From assembly GCF_050920415.1 (NCBI RefSeq), contig NZ_CP169309.1: a stretch of 64,000 nt of DNA; one strand, 5' to 3'. The stretch's first letter is position 1, and every line of letters starts with the position of its first letter. This document shows, piece after piece, positions 1 through 16,296 of the stretch. The notes beneath the pieces were generated by a model, which was given only the letters and a program-made list of their open reading frames with translations, had not been told where the DNA came from and did not search any database. The DNA is from Escherichia coli. Lineage in GTDB: Bacteria > Pseudomonadota > Gammaproteobacteria > Enterobacterales > Enterobacteriaceae. The position numbers and the translations under genes are program-made.

Positions 1-1033
1 CATGTCCGGTGCTTTTCAGCCCCAGTTTCCGCGCCGAATAGCTGGTCAGCAGCCACTGAGTCAGGATACCATCTTTGACGATATCGCGGCGCTCGGTGCG
101 CACACCTTCGCTGTCGAATGGTGTAGATGCCAGTCCTTTCAGCAGATGCGGATGCTCTTCAATGGTCAGCCAATCCGGCAGAATTTGTTTACCCAGCGAA
201 TCCAGCAGGAAGGTGGATTTACGGTAAACCGATCCACCCGCTATCGCCCCCACCAGATGCCCAAAAAGTCCGGTTGCCACTTCATTGGCAAAAATTACCG
301 GCGCTTTCATGGTGGAAAGTTTACGCGGTGACAGGCGCGATAAAGTACGACGAGCACAATCGGCCCCGACCCACTCTGGCGTCTGCAGATCGCTCATCGC
401 GCGACCAATGGTGTAGGCGTAATCACGCTCCATATCGCCATTTTCTTCGGCAATTACGCAGCTTGAGAGTGAATGACGCGTTGAGCAATAACCCTGCAAC
501 ATGCCGTGGCTGTTGCCAAAAACTTTTACGCCGTAGTGGCTGTTAAAACTGCCACCTTCGGTATTGGTAATACGCTTGTCCGCCTGTAATGCTGCCTGTT
601 CTGCGCGAGCCGCCAGTTCAATAGCTTCATCCGGGGAAACTTCCGCAGGGTGAAACAAGTCGAGATCCGGCGCGTCAAAGGCCAGCAGCTCTTTGTCTGC
701 CACGCCGGCACAGGGATCTGGCGAGGTATAACGGGCAATATCCAGCGCTGCCTGTACGGTGCGGGCAATGGCCTGCGGACTTAAATCGGTAGACGATGCG
801 CTGCCTTTGCGGTTCTGGTGATAAACAGTGATCCCCAGCGCGCCATCGCTATTGAATTCGACATTCTCCACTTCGCCATATCGCGTGCTAACGCTAATGC
901 CGGTGGTCTTGCTGACGGCAACTTCCGCACCGTCCGATTTGCCTGAGGCCAACTCCAGCGCAGTGGAAACTGCTTCTTCCAGAATCTTGCGCTGCGCTTC
1001 AACTTGAGAGATTACTTTCATTGCAAGTGCCAT
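1..1033 (-). CDS. pmbA: Metalloprotease PmbA (TldE), 5' portion; gene runs off the left edge
   Basis: Reverse-strand frame from ATG at 1031-1033 translates [20 protein letters not shown]... with no stop before position 1; divergent from yjgA as in E. coli. Not in ORF track because no stop lies inside the window. Confidence 0.85.
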   Translation of the reverse strand, partial: MALAMKVISQVEAQRKILEEAVSTALELASGKSDGAEVAVSKTTGISVSTRYGEVENVEFNSDGALGITVYHQNRKGSASSTDLSPQAIARTVQAALDIARYTSPDPCAGVADKELLAFDAPDLDLFHPAEVSPDEAIELAARAEQAALQADKRITNTEGGSFNSHYGVKVFGNSHGMLQGYCSTRHSLSSCVIAEENGDMERDYAYTIGRAMSDLQTPEWVGADCARRTLSRLSPRKLSTMKAPVIFANEVATGLFGHLVGAIAGGSVYRKSTFLLDSLGKQILPDWLTIEEHPHLLKGLASTPFDSEGVRTERRDIVKDGILTQWLLTSYSARKLGLKSTGH

Positions 1034-1126
1034 AATGTAGAGAGTTTCTCTGAAGTCTAACAGAGAACCGTTTTTCAGTGCGCATCTTAACTGGTAACAT
1101 TAGCCTCTTTTTTTAAGGAGCCTGAG

Positions 1127-1678
1127 ATGACTAAGCAGCCCGAAGACTGGCTCGACGACGTTCCCGGTGATGACATCGAAGACGAAGACGATGAAATTAT
1201 CTGGGTCAGTAAAAGTGAAATTAAACGTGATGCCGAGGAGCTAAAACGCCTTGGCGCAGAAATTGTTGATCTGGGGAAAAACGCGCTGGATAAGATCCCG
1301 TTAGACGCGGATCTGCGCGCGGCTATTGAGCTCGCCCAGCGTATTAAGATGGAAGGTCGCCGCCGCCAGTTGCAGCTCATCGGTAAGATGCTGCGCCAGC
1401 GCGACGTAGAACCGATCCGTCAGGCGCTGGATAAGCTGAAAAACCGCCACAACCAGCAAGTGGTGTTGTTCCATAAACTGGAAAACCTGCGCGATCGTCT
1501 GATCGAGCAAGGTGATGACGCCATCGCTGAAGTATTGAATCTGTGGCCCGATGCCGATCGTCAGCAACTGCGAACTCTGATCCGCAACGCGAAGAAAGAG
1601 AAAGAAGGGAATAAGCCGCCGAAATCCGCGCGCCAGATTTTCCAGTATCTGCGTGAGTTAGCGGAAAACGAAGGGTAA
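1127..1678 (+). CDS. yjgA: Ribosome-associated DUF615 protein YjgA
   Basis: 183 aa [19 protein letters not shown]...; AAGGAG Shine-Dalgarno 7 nt upstream of ATG 1127; acidic N-terminus typical of YjgA. Confidence 0.93.
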   Translation: MTKQPEDWLDDVPGDDIEDEDDEIIWVSKSEIKRDAEELKRLGAEIVDLGKNALDKIPLDADLRAAIELAQRIKMEGRRRQLQLIGKMLRQRDVEPIRQALDKLKNRHNQQVVLFHKLENLRDRLIEQGDDAIAEVLNLWPDADRQQLRTLIRNAKKEKEGNKPPKSARQIFQYLRELAENEG

Positions 1679-1704
1679 TTTTCGTTGTTGATGTGAGTAT
1701 GGTT

Positions 1705-1812
1705 TGCCGGATGCGGTGCACCTGTAGGCCTGATAAGACGCATCAAGCGTCGCATCAGGCACTATGCTCAAATGCCGGATGCGGCGTGAACGCCTTATCC
1801 GGCCTACACACA
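1705..1812. repeat. REP/BIME cluster (repetitive extragenic palindromes)
   Basis: Repeated GCCGGATGCGG...CGCATCAGGC...CCTTATCCGGCCTAC motifs in alternating orientation between yjgA and mpl. Confidence 0.85.
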
Positions 1813-1833
1813 CTATATCAGGCTGAGGCCGAA

Positions 1834-3207
1834 TTACTGCGCGGCTTCCGCTTTCTTCGCTAGCCCATCCAGCAGTTTCTGATGAATTCCACCAAAACCG
1901 CCGTTGCTCATCACCAGAATATGGTCGCCAGGCTGAGCGGTTTTCACCACCATATCTGCCAGCGTATCAACATCGCCACTCCAGTGTGCAGGCTGAACGC
2001 AGGCTTCTGCCACTTCTGCGACCTGCCACGGAATATGCGCCGGTTGCAGCAGGAAGACTTCATCGGCACGACCTAATGAAGGTGCCAAATCGTCTTTGCA
2101 GATCCCCATTTTCATGGTGTTTGAGCGCGGTTCCAGCACGGCAATAATGCGCGCCGTACCGCCAACTTTGCCGCGCAGCGCAGCCAGCGTTGCCAGAATC
2201 GCCGTCGGGTGATGGGCAAAATCGTCATACACCGTCACGCCATTTGCTTCACCGCGCAACTCCAGACGACGACGAGCGTTAATAAACGAACCCAGCGCGT
2301 TAGCAGCATCTGCCGGCGCTACGCCAACATGACGGGCCGCCGCAATCGCCATCAGGCCGTTATGCATATTATGTTCGCCCACCAGCGACCATTTCACTTC
2401 GCCCACTTTTTCGCCATCCAGCAAGACTTCCCATTCGGAAGCGTCAGTGGTCAGCTTTTTCGCCTGCCAGTGCCCCTGCTCGCCCACCAGCTCCTGCTCG
2501 CTCCAGCAGCCCATCGCCATGGTTTGTTTCAGGTTGATGTCGTTTTCCGGCCAGATAATACGCCCCTGCCCCGGAACGATACGCACCAGATGGTGGAACT
2601 GTTTCTGGATCGCTTTCAGGTCGTCAAAGATATCGGCATGATCGAACTCAAGGTTGTTGAGGATCAGCGTACGCGGGCAGTAATGGACAAATTTAGAGCG
2701 TTTGTCGAAGAAGGCGCAGTCATACTCATCCGCTTCGATAACAAAGAAGTCGCTTTCGCCTAAACGTGCCGAAACGTCAAAGTTCCCCGGAACACCGCCG
2801 ATCACAAAACCCGGTTTATAGCCACACTGTTCCAGAATCCAGGTCGCCATTCCCGCGGTGGTGGTTTTGCCGTGTGTACCGGCAACGGCCAACACCCAGC
2901 GGTCACGCAGCACAAAATCGTGCAGCCACTGCGGGCCAGACATATAAGGGATGTTTTTTTCCAGTACCGCTTCCACACACGGATTTCCACGGGTCATGGC
3001 GTTGCCAATGATCACCAGATCCGGCTGCGGGTCGAGCTGGCTGGCATCGTAACCCTGAATCAGTTCAATGCCTTGCTTCTCAAGTAAGGTGCTCATCGGC
3101 GGATACACATTGGCGTCCGAACCCGTTACTTCATGGCCTAACTGGCGCGCCAGCATCGCCAGACCGCCCATAAATGTGCCACAAATTCCTAAAATATGAA
3201 TGCGCAT
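1834..3207 (-). CDS. mpl: UDP-N-acetylmuramate:L-alanyl-gamma-D-glutamyl-meso-DAP ligase (murein peptide ligase)
   Basis: 457 aa ORF MRIHILGICGTFMGGLAMLA..., Mur-ligase P-loop GTHGKTTT; expected neighbour of fbp. Confidence 0.95.
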   Translation of the reverse strand: MRIHILGICGTFMGGLAMLARQLGHEVTGSDANVYPPMSTLLEKQGIELIQGYDASQLDPQPDLVIIGNAMTRGNPCVEAVLEKNIPYMSGPQWLHDFVLRDRWVLAVAGTHGKTTTAGMATWILEQCGYKPGFVIGGVPGNFDVSARLGESDFFVIEADEYDCAFFDKRSKFVHYCPRTLILNNLEFDHADIFDDLKAIQKQFHHLVRIVPGQGRIIWPENDINLKQTMAMGCWSEQELVGEQGHWQAKKLTTDASEWEVLLDGEKVGEVKWSLVGEHNMHNGLMAIAAARHVGVAPADAANALGSFINARRRLELRGEANGVTVYDDFAHHPTAILATLAALRGKVGGTARIIAVLEPRSNTMKMGICKDDLAPSLGRADEVFLLQPAHIPWQVAEVAEACVQPAHWSGDVDTLADMVVKTAQPGDHILVMSNGGFGGIHQKLLDGLAKKAEAAQ

Positions 3208-3382
3208 ACGTCACTATCCTTTTTTAATCTGCCGCTCATTTTACGCATATGTCGGGCAAGTGAGAAACGCATTTCAGGATAATCCGTAATTTGCTGGCGC
3301 GATTCACCTGAGCGCGACATTGAGATTATTTGTTAAGATTGTTGCGGTCGCTTTACTCCATAAACATTGCAGGGAAAGTTTT

Positions 3383-4381
3383 ATGAAAACGTTAGGTGAA
3401 TTTATTGTCGAAAAGCAGCACGAGTTTTCTCATGCTACCGGTGAGCTCACTGCTTTGCTGTCGGCAATAAAACTGGGCGCCAAGATTATCCATCGCGATA
3501 TCAACAAAGCAGGACTGGTTGATATCCTGGGTGCCAGCGGTGCTGAGAACGTGCAGGGCGAGGTTCAGCAGAAACTCGACTTGTTCGCTAATGAAAAACT
3601 GAAAGCCGCACTGAAAGCACGCGATATCGTTGCGGGCATTGCCTCTGAAGAAGAAGATGAGATTGTCGTCTTTGAAGGCTGTGAACACGCAAAATACGTG
3701 GTGCTGATGGACCCACTGGATGGCTCGTCCAACATCGATGTTAACGTCTCTGTCGGTACCATTTTCTCCATTTACCGCCGCGTTACGCCTGTTGGTACGC
3801 CGGTAACGGAAGAAGACTTCCTCCAGCCTGGTAACAAACAGGTTGCGGCAGGTTACGTGGTATACGGCTCCTCTACCATGTTGGTTTACACCACCGGATG
3901 CGGTGTTCACGCCTTTACTTACGATCCTTCGCTTGGCGTTTTCTGCCTGTGCCAGGAACGGATGCGCTTCCCGGAGAAAGGCAAAACCTACTCCATCAAC
4001 GAAGGGAACTACATTAAGTTTCCAAACGGGGTGAAGAAGTACATTAAATTCTGCCAGGAAGAAGATAAGTCTACCAACCGCCCGTATACCTCACGTTATA
4101 TCGGTTCACTGGTCGCGGATTTCCACCGTAACCTGCTGAAAGGTGGGATTTATCTCTACCCAAGCACCGCCAGCCACCCGGACGGTAAACTGCGTTTACT
4201 GTATGAGTGCAACCCGATGGCGTTCCTCGCGGAACAAGCGGGCGGTAAAGCGAGCGATGGCAAAGAGCGTATTCTGGATATCATCCCGGAAACCCTGCAC
4301 CAGCGCCGTTCGTTCTTTGTCGGCAATGACCATATGGTTGAAGATGTCGAACGCTTTATCCGTGAGTTCCCGGACGCGTAA
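3383..4381 (+). CDS. fbp: Fructose-1,6-bisphosphatase class I
   Basis: ORF track begins at 3320, but ATG 3383 ([12 protein letters not shown]...) gives the 332 aa Fbp I remember; FBPase motifs present. Confidence 0.95.
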
Positions 4382-4413
4382 TCTCCTGCGCCTCTCCACA
4401 CGGAGAGGCGTTA

Positions 4414-5409
4414 TTATTCCTGCGCAATATTGATTCTTGTCACTGGCGAACTCTGGCGATTCTCCCACAGCACCGTTAATCCACGCTGTAAGGCAATAAA
4501 AATGAACAGCAAAATGCCGATAGCGATTTTCGTCCACCATGAGCTCAGCGTGCCATCAAAGTTTATGTAAGTCTGAATTAGCCCCTGAATCGCCACGCCA
4601 AAAAGCGTCCCTAATACCGTTCCAACGCCGCCGCTCAAAAGTGTACCGCCAATCACCACCGACGCGATAGCGTCCAGTTCCACACCTACGCCCGCCAGCG
4701 CATATCCAGCCTGGGTATAAATCGAGAAGACTATCCCCGCCAGTGTTGCCAGCCCGGTGGAGAGCATATAAATGCGTATAGTGGTGCTGCGAGTGGAAAT
4801 CCCCATCAGGTTCGCCGACGTCGCGTTGCCACCAATGGCATATACCTGATTACCAAAACGGGTACGATGCGCGAGGAATATGCCGATAACTACCACCGCC
4901 AGCATCAGTAGCCCCATCGCACTTAAGCGACCGCCGCCAGGGATTTTCCATGCAAGGCTTGAGAGCGTGTCATAAACAGGATGGTTTATCGGGATCGATT
5001 CTTCCGAAACGAGATAGCTGACGCCGCGCAAAAAGAACATTCCTGCCAGGGTAATGATAAACGCCGGGATCTTCAGGGCGTCGATCAGAAGCCCCATAAA
5101 TGCGCCGAAGGCACAGCCCATCACCAGCACCAGTGGAAACGCCAGCAGCGGCGAGAGGCCGAAATCGCCAATCACTTTTGCCAGAAACACGCCGGTAAAG
5201 GCGATCACCGAACCGACGGAGAGATCGATCCCACCGGAGAGGATCACAAAGGTCATGCCAACGGCGATGATCCCCAGAAAAGCGTTATCGGTCAGGATAT
5301 TGCAGATCACTCTTGTGGAAGCAAAACCGGGAAACTGCGTCAGACAGTAGAGATAACCCAGCACAAAGACGCCGATGGTGATCATAAGCGGCAGGTTACG
5401 TTTTATCAC
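4414..5409 (-). CDS. yjfF: Galactofuranose ABC transporter permease
   Basis: 331 aa polytopic membrane ORF, ABC sugar-permease family; 14 nt overlap with ytfT upstream. Confidence 0.92.
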   Translation of the reverse strand: MIKRNLPLMITIGVFVLGYLYCLTQFPGFASTRVICNILTDNAFLGIIAVGMTFVILSGGIDLSVGSVIAFTGVFLAKVIGDFGLSPLLAFPLVLVMGCAFGAFMGLLIDALKIPAFIITLAGMFFLRGVSYLVSEESIPINHPVYDTLSSLAWKIPGGGRLSAMGLLMLAVVVIGIFLAHRTRFGNQVYAIGGNATSANLMGISTRSTTIRIYMLSTGLATLAGIVFSIYTQAGYALAGVGVELDAIASVVIGGTLLSGGVGTVLGTLFGVAIQGLIQTYINFDGTLSSWWTKIAIGILLFIFIALQRGLTVLWENRQSSPVTRINIAQE

Positions 5410-6418
5410 GGCTACGCACTCCTTTAATCAGACTGATAAAGCGTTGCGACTGAACAATCAGCACGCAAAGCACCACCACTGCTTTCACTACCTGGTTCAT
5501 CTCTGGCGGAAAGCCAGAAAGTAAAATTCCGGTGTTCATCCCCTGAATAATCAGCGCCCCTACCACTGAGAGCAGCAGGTTAAAACGCCCGCCCATCAGC
5601 GATCCACCGCCAATCACCACCGCAAGAATGGCGTCCAGCTCCAGCCATAATCCGGCGTTGTTGGCATCGGCACCGCGAATATCCGCCGCCACGATAATGC
5701 CCGCAATCGCCGCACACAGCCCGCTCAACACATAAGTGAGCATGACGATGATTCGTGTGTTGACTCCGGCATTTTTTGCCGCCCGAATGTTGATACCAAC
5801 GGCTTCGATAAACATCCCCAGTGCCGTTTTGCGGGTCAACAGCCAGAAGAGGAGAAGCGTCAGTACCGCAATAATGACTGGTGTTGGCAGGAACACCAGC
5901 GATCCGCTGCCAAACCATGAGAGATCCGGCGAGTTAAACGTGACGATCTGTCCGGAGGTGATCAGTTGCGCCACGCCGCGCCCGGCGACCATCAGGATCA
6001 GGGTGGCGACAAACGGCTGAATTTTGAGGATCGCTACAAGTATGCCGTTCCACAACCCCGCCAGGATGCCGGTGCCCAGGGCGCTTAACAAAACAATCGG
6101 CAGGCTGAATCCCGCGACCGTCATCGCAGCCGTTGTGGCTCCGGCGATAGCCATCACCGCCCCTACGGAGAGATCGATACCACCGGTGGCGATAACCAGC
6201 GTCATACCGATAGCCAACAGCGCAACGGGTGCCGCACGGTTAAGAATGTCGATGGGGCTACCGAACAAACGCCCATCCTGAAGCACGACCTGCCAGAAAT
6301 GCGGGGCCACCAGGCTATCGACCAGCAGCACCAGCAATAGCGCCGCCAGCTGCGGCATTCCCGTTGGCCAGCGAAAGCGCCTTTTCGGCGGCGTAGTGTC
6401 CGGGAGAGATTGAGGCAT
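5396..6418 (-). CDS. ytfT: Galactofuranose ABC transporter permease
   Basis: ORF track start at 6442 is TTG; AAGGAG Shine-Dalgarno followed by ATG at 6416-6418 gives MPQSLPDTTPPKRR... (340 aa). Confidence 0.9.
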   Translation of the reverse strand: MPQSLPDTTPPKRRFRWPTGMPQLAALLLVLLVDSLVAPHFWQVVLQDGRLFGSPIDILNRAAPVALLAIGMTLVIATGGIDLSVGAVMAIAGATTAAMTVAGFSLPIVLLSALGTGILAGLWNGILVAILKIQPFVATLILMVAGRGVAQLITSGQIVTFNSPDLSWFGSGSLVFLPTPVIIAVLTLLLFWLLTRKTALGMFIEAVGINIRAAKNAGVNTRIIVMLTYVLSGLCAAIAGIIVAADIRGADANNAGLWLELDAILAVVIGGGSLMGGRFNLLLSVVGALIIQGMNTGILLSGFPPEMNQVVKAVVVLCVLIVQSQRFISLIKGVRSRDKT

Positions 6419-6431
6419 CACACAGTTCTCC

Positions 6432-7934
6432 TTACGCCGCAATGGCGTTCATGATCGCCGGAACGGAAAGCTCTGCCAACGGGATCTCCGCAACCTGTTT
6501 GCGATCGCGCATGATAATCACCCGGTCGGCATAGCCCACCAGCTCTTCCAGTTCGGAGGAGATCACCAGCAGCGCCAGACCATCGGCGCATAGCGTTTCG
6601 ATCAGGCGGATGATCTCAGCGTGGGCGCCAACGTCAATGCCACGCGTTGGCTCGTCGAGGATCAGAAATTGCGGCCGGGTCAGTAGCCAGCGTGAGAGCA
6701 GCACTTTTTGCTGATTGCCACCGGAGAGAAACTCAATCGGCTGTTCGCTGGAAGGTGTGCGAATGCCAAGCTGGCGGATAAAGCGTTCGGCAATCTCTTG
6801 CTGTTCTTTGCGCGAAATTGGCCGTAACCAGCCGCGCTGGGCCTGGAGAGCGAGGATGATATTTTCCCGCACCGAGGCGGCGGCGATGATGCCATCGGTT
6901 TTCCTGTCTTCCGGGCAGAAGCCGATACCCAGTACCGAAGCCTGATGTGGCGATCGCAGGGTTTGCTGTTTGCCTTTGATCAACGCCGTGCCGCTGTCAG
7001 CAGGTTTGATCCCGAAGATCACTTCGGCGGTTTCGGTACGTCCTGATCCCAGCAAGCCTGCCAGGCCAACGATCTCGCCGGGGCGTACTTCGAGATCAAA
7101 CGGTGCGATCGTTCCTTTTTTGCCGTAATTTTTGAACGCGGCAACGGGTTTGTCGCTCAGCAATGTTCGTCCGGCACGCTGTAGCGCGTGGGTGTCCAGC
7201 TCGCGCCCCAGCATCATTTTTACCAGTTCGATCTGCGGTAGCTCGCGGGTTTCCCGACAGCCTACGAAACTGCCGTTGCGTAAGACGGTGATCCGATCGC
7301 TGACCTGATAGACCTGATCGAGAAAGTGAGTGACAAAGATCAGGCTGACGCCGCGATCGCGCAATTGACGCATCAGGCCAAACAGTAACTCTACTTCCTG
7401 AGTGTCGAGGCTGGCGGTGGGTTCATCGAGGATCAGCACTTTGGCGGAGAGATCGATGGCCCGGCAAATGGCGACGATTTGCTGCATCGCGACTGAAAAG
7501 CGGTTGAGCGGTTCCCGCACGTCGAGGGAGAAACCGTAAGATGCCATCAGTTCGGTGGCGCGCTTTTCCATCTCTTTACGGCGTAGAAGGCCGAAACGTT
7601 TGGGTTCGCGACCTATGAATAGATTATCAGCGACCGACATATTGGGTAGCAGGTTGACTTCCTGATAGACGGTGCCGATGCCGAGTTGTTGTGCGTGGGC
7701 GGTATTTTTCGGTGAGATAGTCTGGCCTTCCAGCCAGATGGTGCCACGATCGGCGTGGTAGACACCGGTTAATGCTTTGATTAGCGTTGATTTTCCCGCC
7801 CCGTTTTCACCGAGCAGCGCCATAATTTCACCACGGCGCAGGCTGAAATCAACGTTGTCTAACGCTTTGACGCCGGGGAAAAATTTACTTAATCCTTCGG
7901 TGCGGAGGATTTCCTGGTGTTGGTTAGTATTCAT
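6432..7934 (-). CDS. ytfR: Galactofuranose ABC transporter ATP-binding protein (duplicated ABC domains)
   Basis: Start reassigned to ATG 7932-7934 (MNTNQHQEILRTEGL..., 500 aa); two Walker A motifs (GENGAGKST, GLLGSGRTE) and an LSGGNQQK signature. Confidence 0.92.
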   Translation of the reverse strand: MNTNQHQEILRTEGLSKFFPGVKALDNVDFSLRRGEIMALLGENGAGKSTLIKALTGVYHADRGTIWLEGQTISPKNTAHAQQLGIGTVYQEVNLLPNMSVADNLFIGREPKRFGLLRRKEMEKRATELMASYGFSLDVREPLNRFSVAMQQIVAICRAIDLSAKVLILDEPTASLDTQEVELLFGLMRQLRDRGVSLIFVTHFLDQVYQVSDRITVLRNGSFVGCRETRELPQIELVKMMLGRELDTHALQRAGRTLLSDKPVAAFKNYGKKGTIAPFDLEVRPGEIVGLAGLLGSGRTETAEVIFGIKPADSGTALIKGKQQTLRSPHQASVLGIGFCPEDRKTDGIIAAASVRENIILALQAQRGWLRPISRKEQQEIAERFIRQLGIRTPSSEQPIEFLSGGNQQKVLLSRWLLTRPQFLILDEPTRGIDVGAHAEIIRLIETLCADGLALLVISSELEELVGYADRVIIMRDRKQVAEIPLAELSVPAIMNAIAA

Positions 7935-7957
7935 AGTTTCCCCCGTAGTAAAGCGTG

Positions 7958-8062
7958 CGCCAGATAAGACACAACAGCGTCGCATCAGGCATCTCGCACA
8001 ACCGCCGGATGCGGCGTGAATGCCTTATCCGGCGGCCCACAAGTCGGCATCAGGCATTGATG
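7958..8062. repeat. REP/BIME cluster
   Basis: CGCATCAGGCAT...GCCGGATGCGGCGTGAATGCCTTATCCGGCGG...GGCATCAGGCATTGATGCC palindromic units between ytfR and ytfQ. Confidence 0.85.
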
Positions 8063-8066
8063 CCCC

Positions 8067-9023
8067 TCAATACCCCATGTTTTTCTTCTTCTCTAACTCT
8101 TCTTTTGCAGTATCAGGCAGATAAAGGGTGGACTTGGTCAGGGTCAGCTTTTCAGGCAGGGTGCCGTCTTTTTTATATTTCTCCAGCGCATCAAAAGCGG
8201 GGCCTGCCATGTTCGGCGTCAGTTCAACGCTGGCGTTCGCTTCGCCATCAATCATCGCTTTGTAGATGTCCGGCACGCCGTCGATAGAGCCTGTCAGGAT
8301 ATCTTTGCCCGGTTTCAGGCCCGCTTCTTTAATTGCCTGAATTGCACCAATCACCATGTCATCGTTATGGGCGTAAACCATGCAGATGTTTTTGCCGTTG
8401 TTTTCCGCTTTGATAAAGCTCTCCATCACTTCTTTGCCTTTACTACGGGTAAAGTCACCTGACTGCGAGCGGATAATTTTGATATTTGGCGCATTCTTAA
8501 TGGCTTCGGCAAAGCCTTTCTTACGGTCAATGGCGACACTGGCCCCAACGGTGCCCTGCAGCTCCACCACGTTACACGGTTTGCCATTCACTTCTTTTAC
8601 CAGCCAGTCACCGATCAATTTGCCTTCGAGGATGTTGTCGGCAGTGACGGTGGTCATATAGAGAGATTTGTCTTTCACATCGATGGAACGGTCAAGCAAG
8701 AAGACCGGGATTTCGGCATCTTTCGCCTCTTTTAATACCGGCTCCCAACCGGTCGCTACCACCGGAGCGATAAAGATCGCATCCACCCCTTGCGCGACGA
8801 AGGAACGTACCGCTTTAATCTGGTTTTCCTGCTTTTGCTGACCATCGGCAATTTTCAACGTAATTCCGCGCTTTTCGGCTTCACTTTTCGCCACATTGGT
8901 TTCTGCGGCGCGCCAGCCGGATTCCGATCCGACCTGCGAAAATCCAACGGTTAATGGAGCAGCCAACGCCATAGACGACATGGCTGCCGAGACTGCAGAG
9001 ACTACAAGTAAGCGTTTCCACAT
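8067..9023 (-). CDS. ytfQ: Periplasmic galactofuranose-binding protein
   Basis: 318 aa ORF with signal peptide MWKRLLVVSAVSAAMSSMALA; periplasmic sugar-binding fold; heads the ytfQRT-yjfF cluster. Confidence 0.94.
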   Translation of the reverse strand: MWKRLLVVSAVSAAMSSMALAAPLTVGFSQVGSESGWRAAETNVAKSEAEKRGITLKIADGQQKQENQIKAVRSFVAQGVDAIFIAPVVATGWEPVLKEAKDAEIPVFLLDRSIDVKDKSLYMTTVTADNILEGKLIGDWLVKEVNGKPCNVVELQGTVGASVAIDRKKGFAEAIKNAPNIKIIRSQSGDFTRSKGKEVMESFIKAENNGKNICMVYAHNDDMVIGAIQAIKEAGLKPGKDILTGSIDGVPDIYKAMIDGEANASVELTPNMAGPAFDALEKYKKDGTLPEKLTLTKSTLYLPDTAKEELEKKKNMGY

Positions 9024-9332
9024 AGGGTTGTCCTCGTCGGGGTAATTATTATTGGTGAAAAGATGTTCGCGAAAAAACTATAGACAATTCGTTATGTAAC
9101 GGATTGCGTTACATCACACTTCAAAAAAGTAAATAAAACGTTAATCACAAGTTTGTAATCGCTTTCATCTCACTATGAAAAATGCGGCTACGGTTATGGA
9201 TTTTCCTGCTCTGTAAACCTTCTTAAAACTGGCGAAAAAGGAAAATGAAGACGAAAACAAGCGAAGACATTCGGCGCGAGTTGGCTATAATACTCGGCAC
9301 TTGTTTGCCACATATTTTTAAAGGAAACAGAC

Positions 9333-9863
9333 ATGAGCTTACTCAACGTCCCTGCGGGTAAAGATCTGCCGGAAGACATCTACGTTGTTATTGAGATCCC
9401 GGCTAACGCAGATCCGATCAAATACGAAATCGACAAAGAGAGCGGCGCACTGTTCGTTGACCGCTTCATGTCCACCGCGATGTTCTATCCGTGCAACTAC
9501 GGTTACATCAACCACACCCTGTCTCTGGACGGTGACCCGGTTGACGTACTGGTCCCGACTCCGTACCCGCTGCAGCCGGGTTCCGTGATTCGCTGCCGTC
9601 CGGTTGGCGTTCTGAAAATGACCGACGAAGCCGGTGAAGATGCGAAACTGATTGCTGTTCCGCACACCAAGCTGAGCAAAGAATACGATCACATCAAAGA
9701 CGTTAACGATCTGCCTGAACTGCTGAAAGCACAGATCGCTCACTTCTTCGAGCACTACAAAGACCTCGAAAAAGGCAAGTGGGTGAAAGTTGAAGGCTGG
9801 GAAAACGCAGAAGCCGCTAAAGCTGAAATCGTTGCCTCCTTCGAGCGCGCAAAGAATAAATAA
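9333..9863 (+). CDS. ppa: Inorganic pyrophosphatase
   Basis: 176 aa [37 protein letters not shown]...; AGGAAA Shine-Dalgarno; divergent from ytfQ. Confidence 0.97.
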   Translation: MSLLNVPAGKDLPEDIYVVIEIPANADPIKYEIDKESGALFVDRFMSTAMFYPCNYGYINHTLSLDGDPVDVLVPTPYPLQPGSVIRCRPVGVLKMTDEAGEDAKLIAVPHTKLSKEYDHIKDVNDLPELLKAQIAHFFEHYKDLEKGKWVKVEGWENAEAAKAEIVASFERAKNK

Positions 9864-9879
9864 GTTCTTCTAGTGCCAT

Positions 9880-9917
9880 AACCCTGAACGCCGGGCTTCG
9901 GTTAGTAAGGGTTTTTT
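9880..9917 (+). terminator. Probable ppa terminator (imperfect hairpin with T6 run)
   Basis: AACCCT...AGGGTT inverted arms followed by TTTTTT at 9912-9917, directly after the ppa stop; stem is imperfect. Confidence 0.4.
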
Positions 9918-10210
9918 ATGCCCGCGATAAATAAACTGTCTATTCCCCTATCATTATTCTCAGCGCTTGCAAGGCTTGAACGGTAAGAACAAGCAAACAC
10001 GACCACCATTTTGCTGTTCATAGCCGCTTGCTGGAAATTAGCCGACCTCACTCATTCTCACCGTTCAAAGCATGCCCCCGTTTTACCCCTACGTAATTGT
10101 GAACGCCAGCAGAGTTTTTTATGCGTTTACGGATATGGAAAGCGGCTCGGAGAGAAAAGCTAAAGATAGGGAAGTTACAAAAAAAATCGCGAGATACATC
10201 GCATAAAACA

Positions 10211-10238
10211 ACGCCACCCGAAGGTGGCGTGCTTTTAT
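10211..10238. terminator. Rho-independent terminator hairpin (ytfP side; symmetric flanks)
   Basis: ACGCCACC-CGAA-GGTGGCGT stem-loop with a T-rich tract on the minus strand just past the ytfP stop and CTTTTATT on the plus strand. Confidence 0.75.
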
Positions 10239-10240
10239 TA

Positions 10241-10582
10241 TTACTTATCCCTGTCTAACCAGTCGCCGCTTTCAATTAGCTTTAATCCATCGACGGGTCG
10301 TTGATAAACGTACATCCATGCACTCCCGTACGGCGTCTGAATCAACTGGCGCGCGTATTCACCGCCCCTGGTGCGCAAGGCATCAAGTTCGGCCAGCGTG
10401 GCGTTGTCAATACGATAAACTTCACCGTGTACTGTTCCGTTCCCCGGAACTGCGCCTGGATAGTGGCCCAGGCTATACAACTGGTAGTTATCGATACTGA
10501 AATCGCCCAGTAACTGGGCATTGGTCATCCAGTGACTGTTGCCTTGTTTGTGGCGTAAACTGCCGTAGACAAATATTCGCAT
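10241..10582 (-). CDS. ytfP: Gamma-glutamylcyclotransferase-family protein YtfP
   Basis: 113 aa ORF MRIFVYGSLRHKQGNSHWM... (YGSL motif of the GGCT fold); adjacent to tamB. Confidence 0.93.
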   Translation of the reverse strand: MRIFVYGSLRHKQGNSHWMTNAQLLGDFSIDNYQLYSLGHYPGAVPGNGTVHGEVYRIDNATLAELDALRTRGGEYARQLIQTPYGSAWMYVYQRPVDGLKLIESGDWLDRDK

Positions 10583-10584
10583 TG

Positions 10585-16133
<5,549 letters not shown>

Positions 16134-16296
16134 TTAAACGGCTTAACAAAAATCCAGTAATATGGATTAAAAAGCAGACTAAACCCCAAATATTTCTTAT
16201 GTTTTACTTTAGACCTATTCACGGTGGTTATTGTGTGCAAATACGTCTCTTGTTACAACCTTAACCCCAATGACCGATTTTCGGGAGAGCGACACC

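Noticed and set aside
2-1002. Plus- and minus-strand ORFs of 73-139 aa in the first kilobase (2..331, 127..546, 526..768, 781..1002)
   Set aside because: They overlap the long reverse-strand pmbA frame, which has no stop inside the window and so is missing from the ORF track; they are alternative-frame artefacts.
3320-3382. Upstream-extended starts proposed by the ORF track (fbp 3320, msrA 16231, cpdB 21836, ytfG 24228, fklB 29701, ulaD 44780, ulaA 46890, bsmA 49944, rnr 61251, ytfR 7985, ytfT 6442)
   Set aside because: In each case an internal ATG preceded by a Shine-Dalgarno gives the protein length I remember for the E. coli orthologue; the extensions start at non-ATG codons or lack an RBS.
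10121-10264. 47-codon ORF in the ppa-ytfP spacer
   Set aside because: No convincing RBS; it reads through the terminator hairpin and into the ytfP 3' end; too short and featureless to call.
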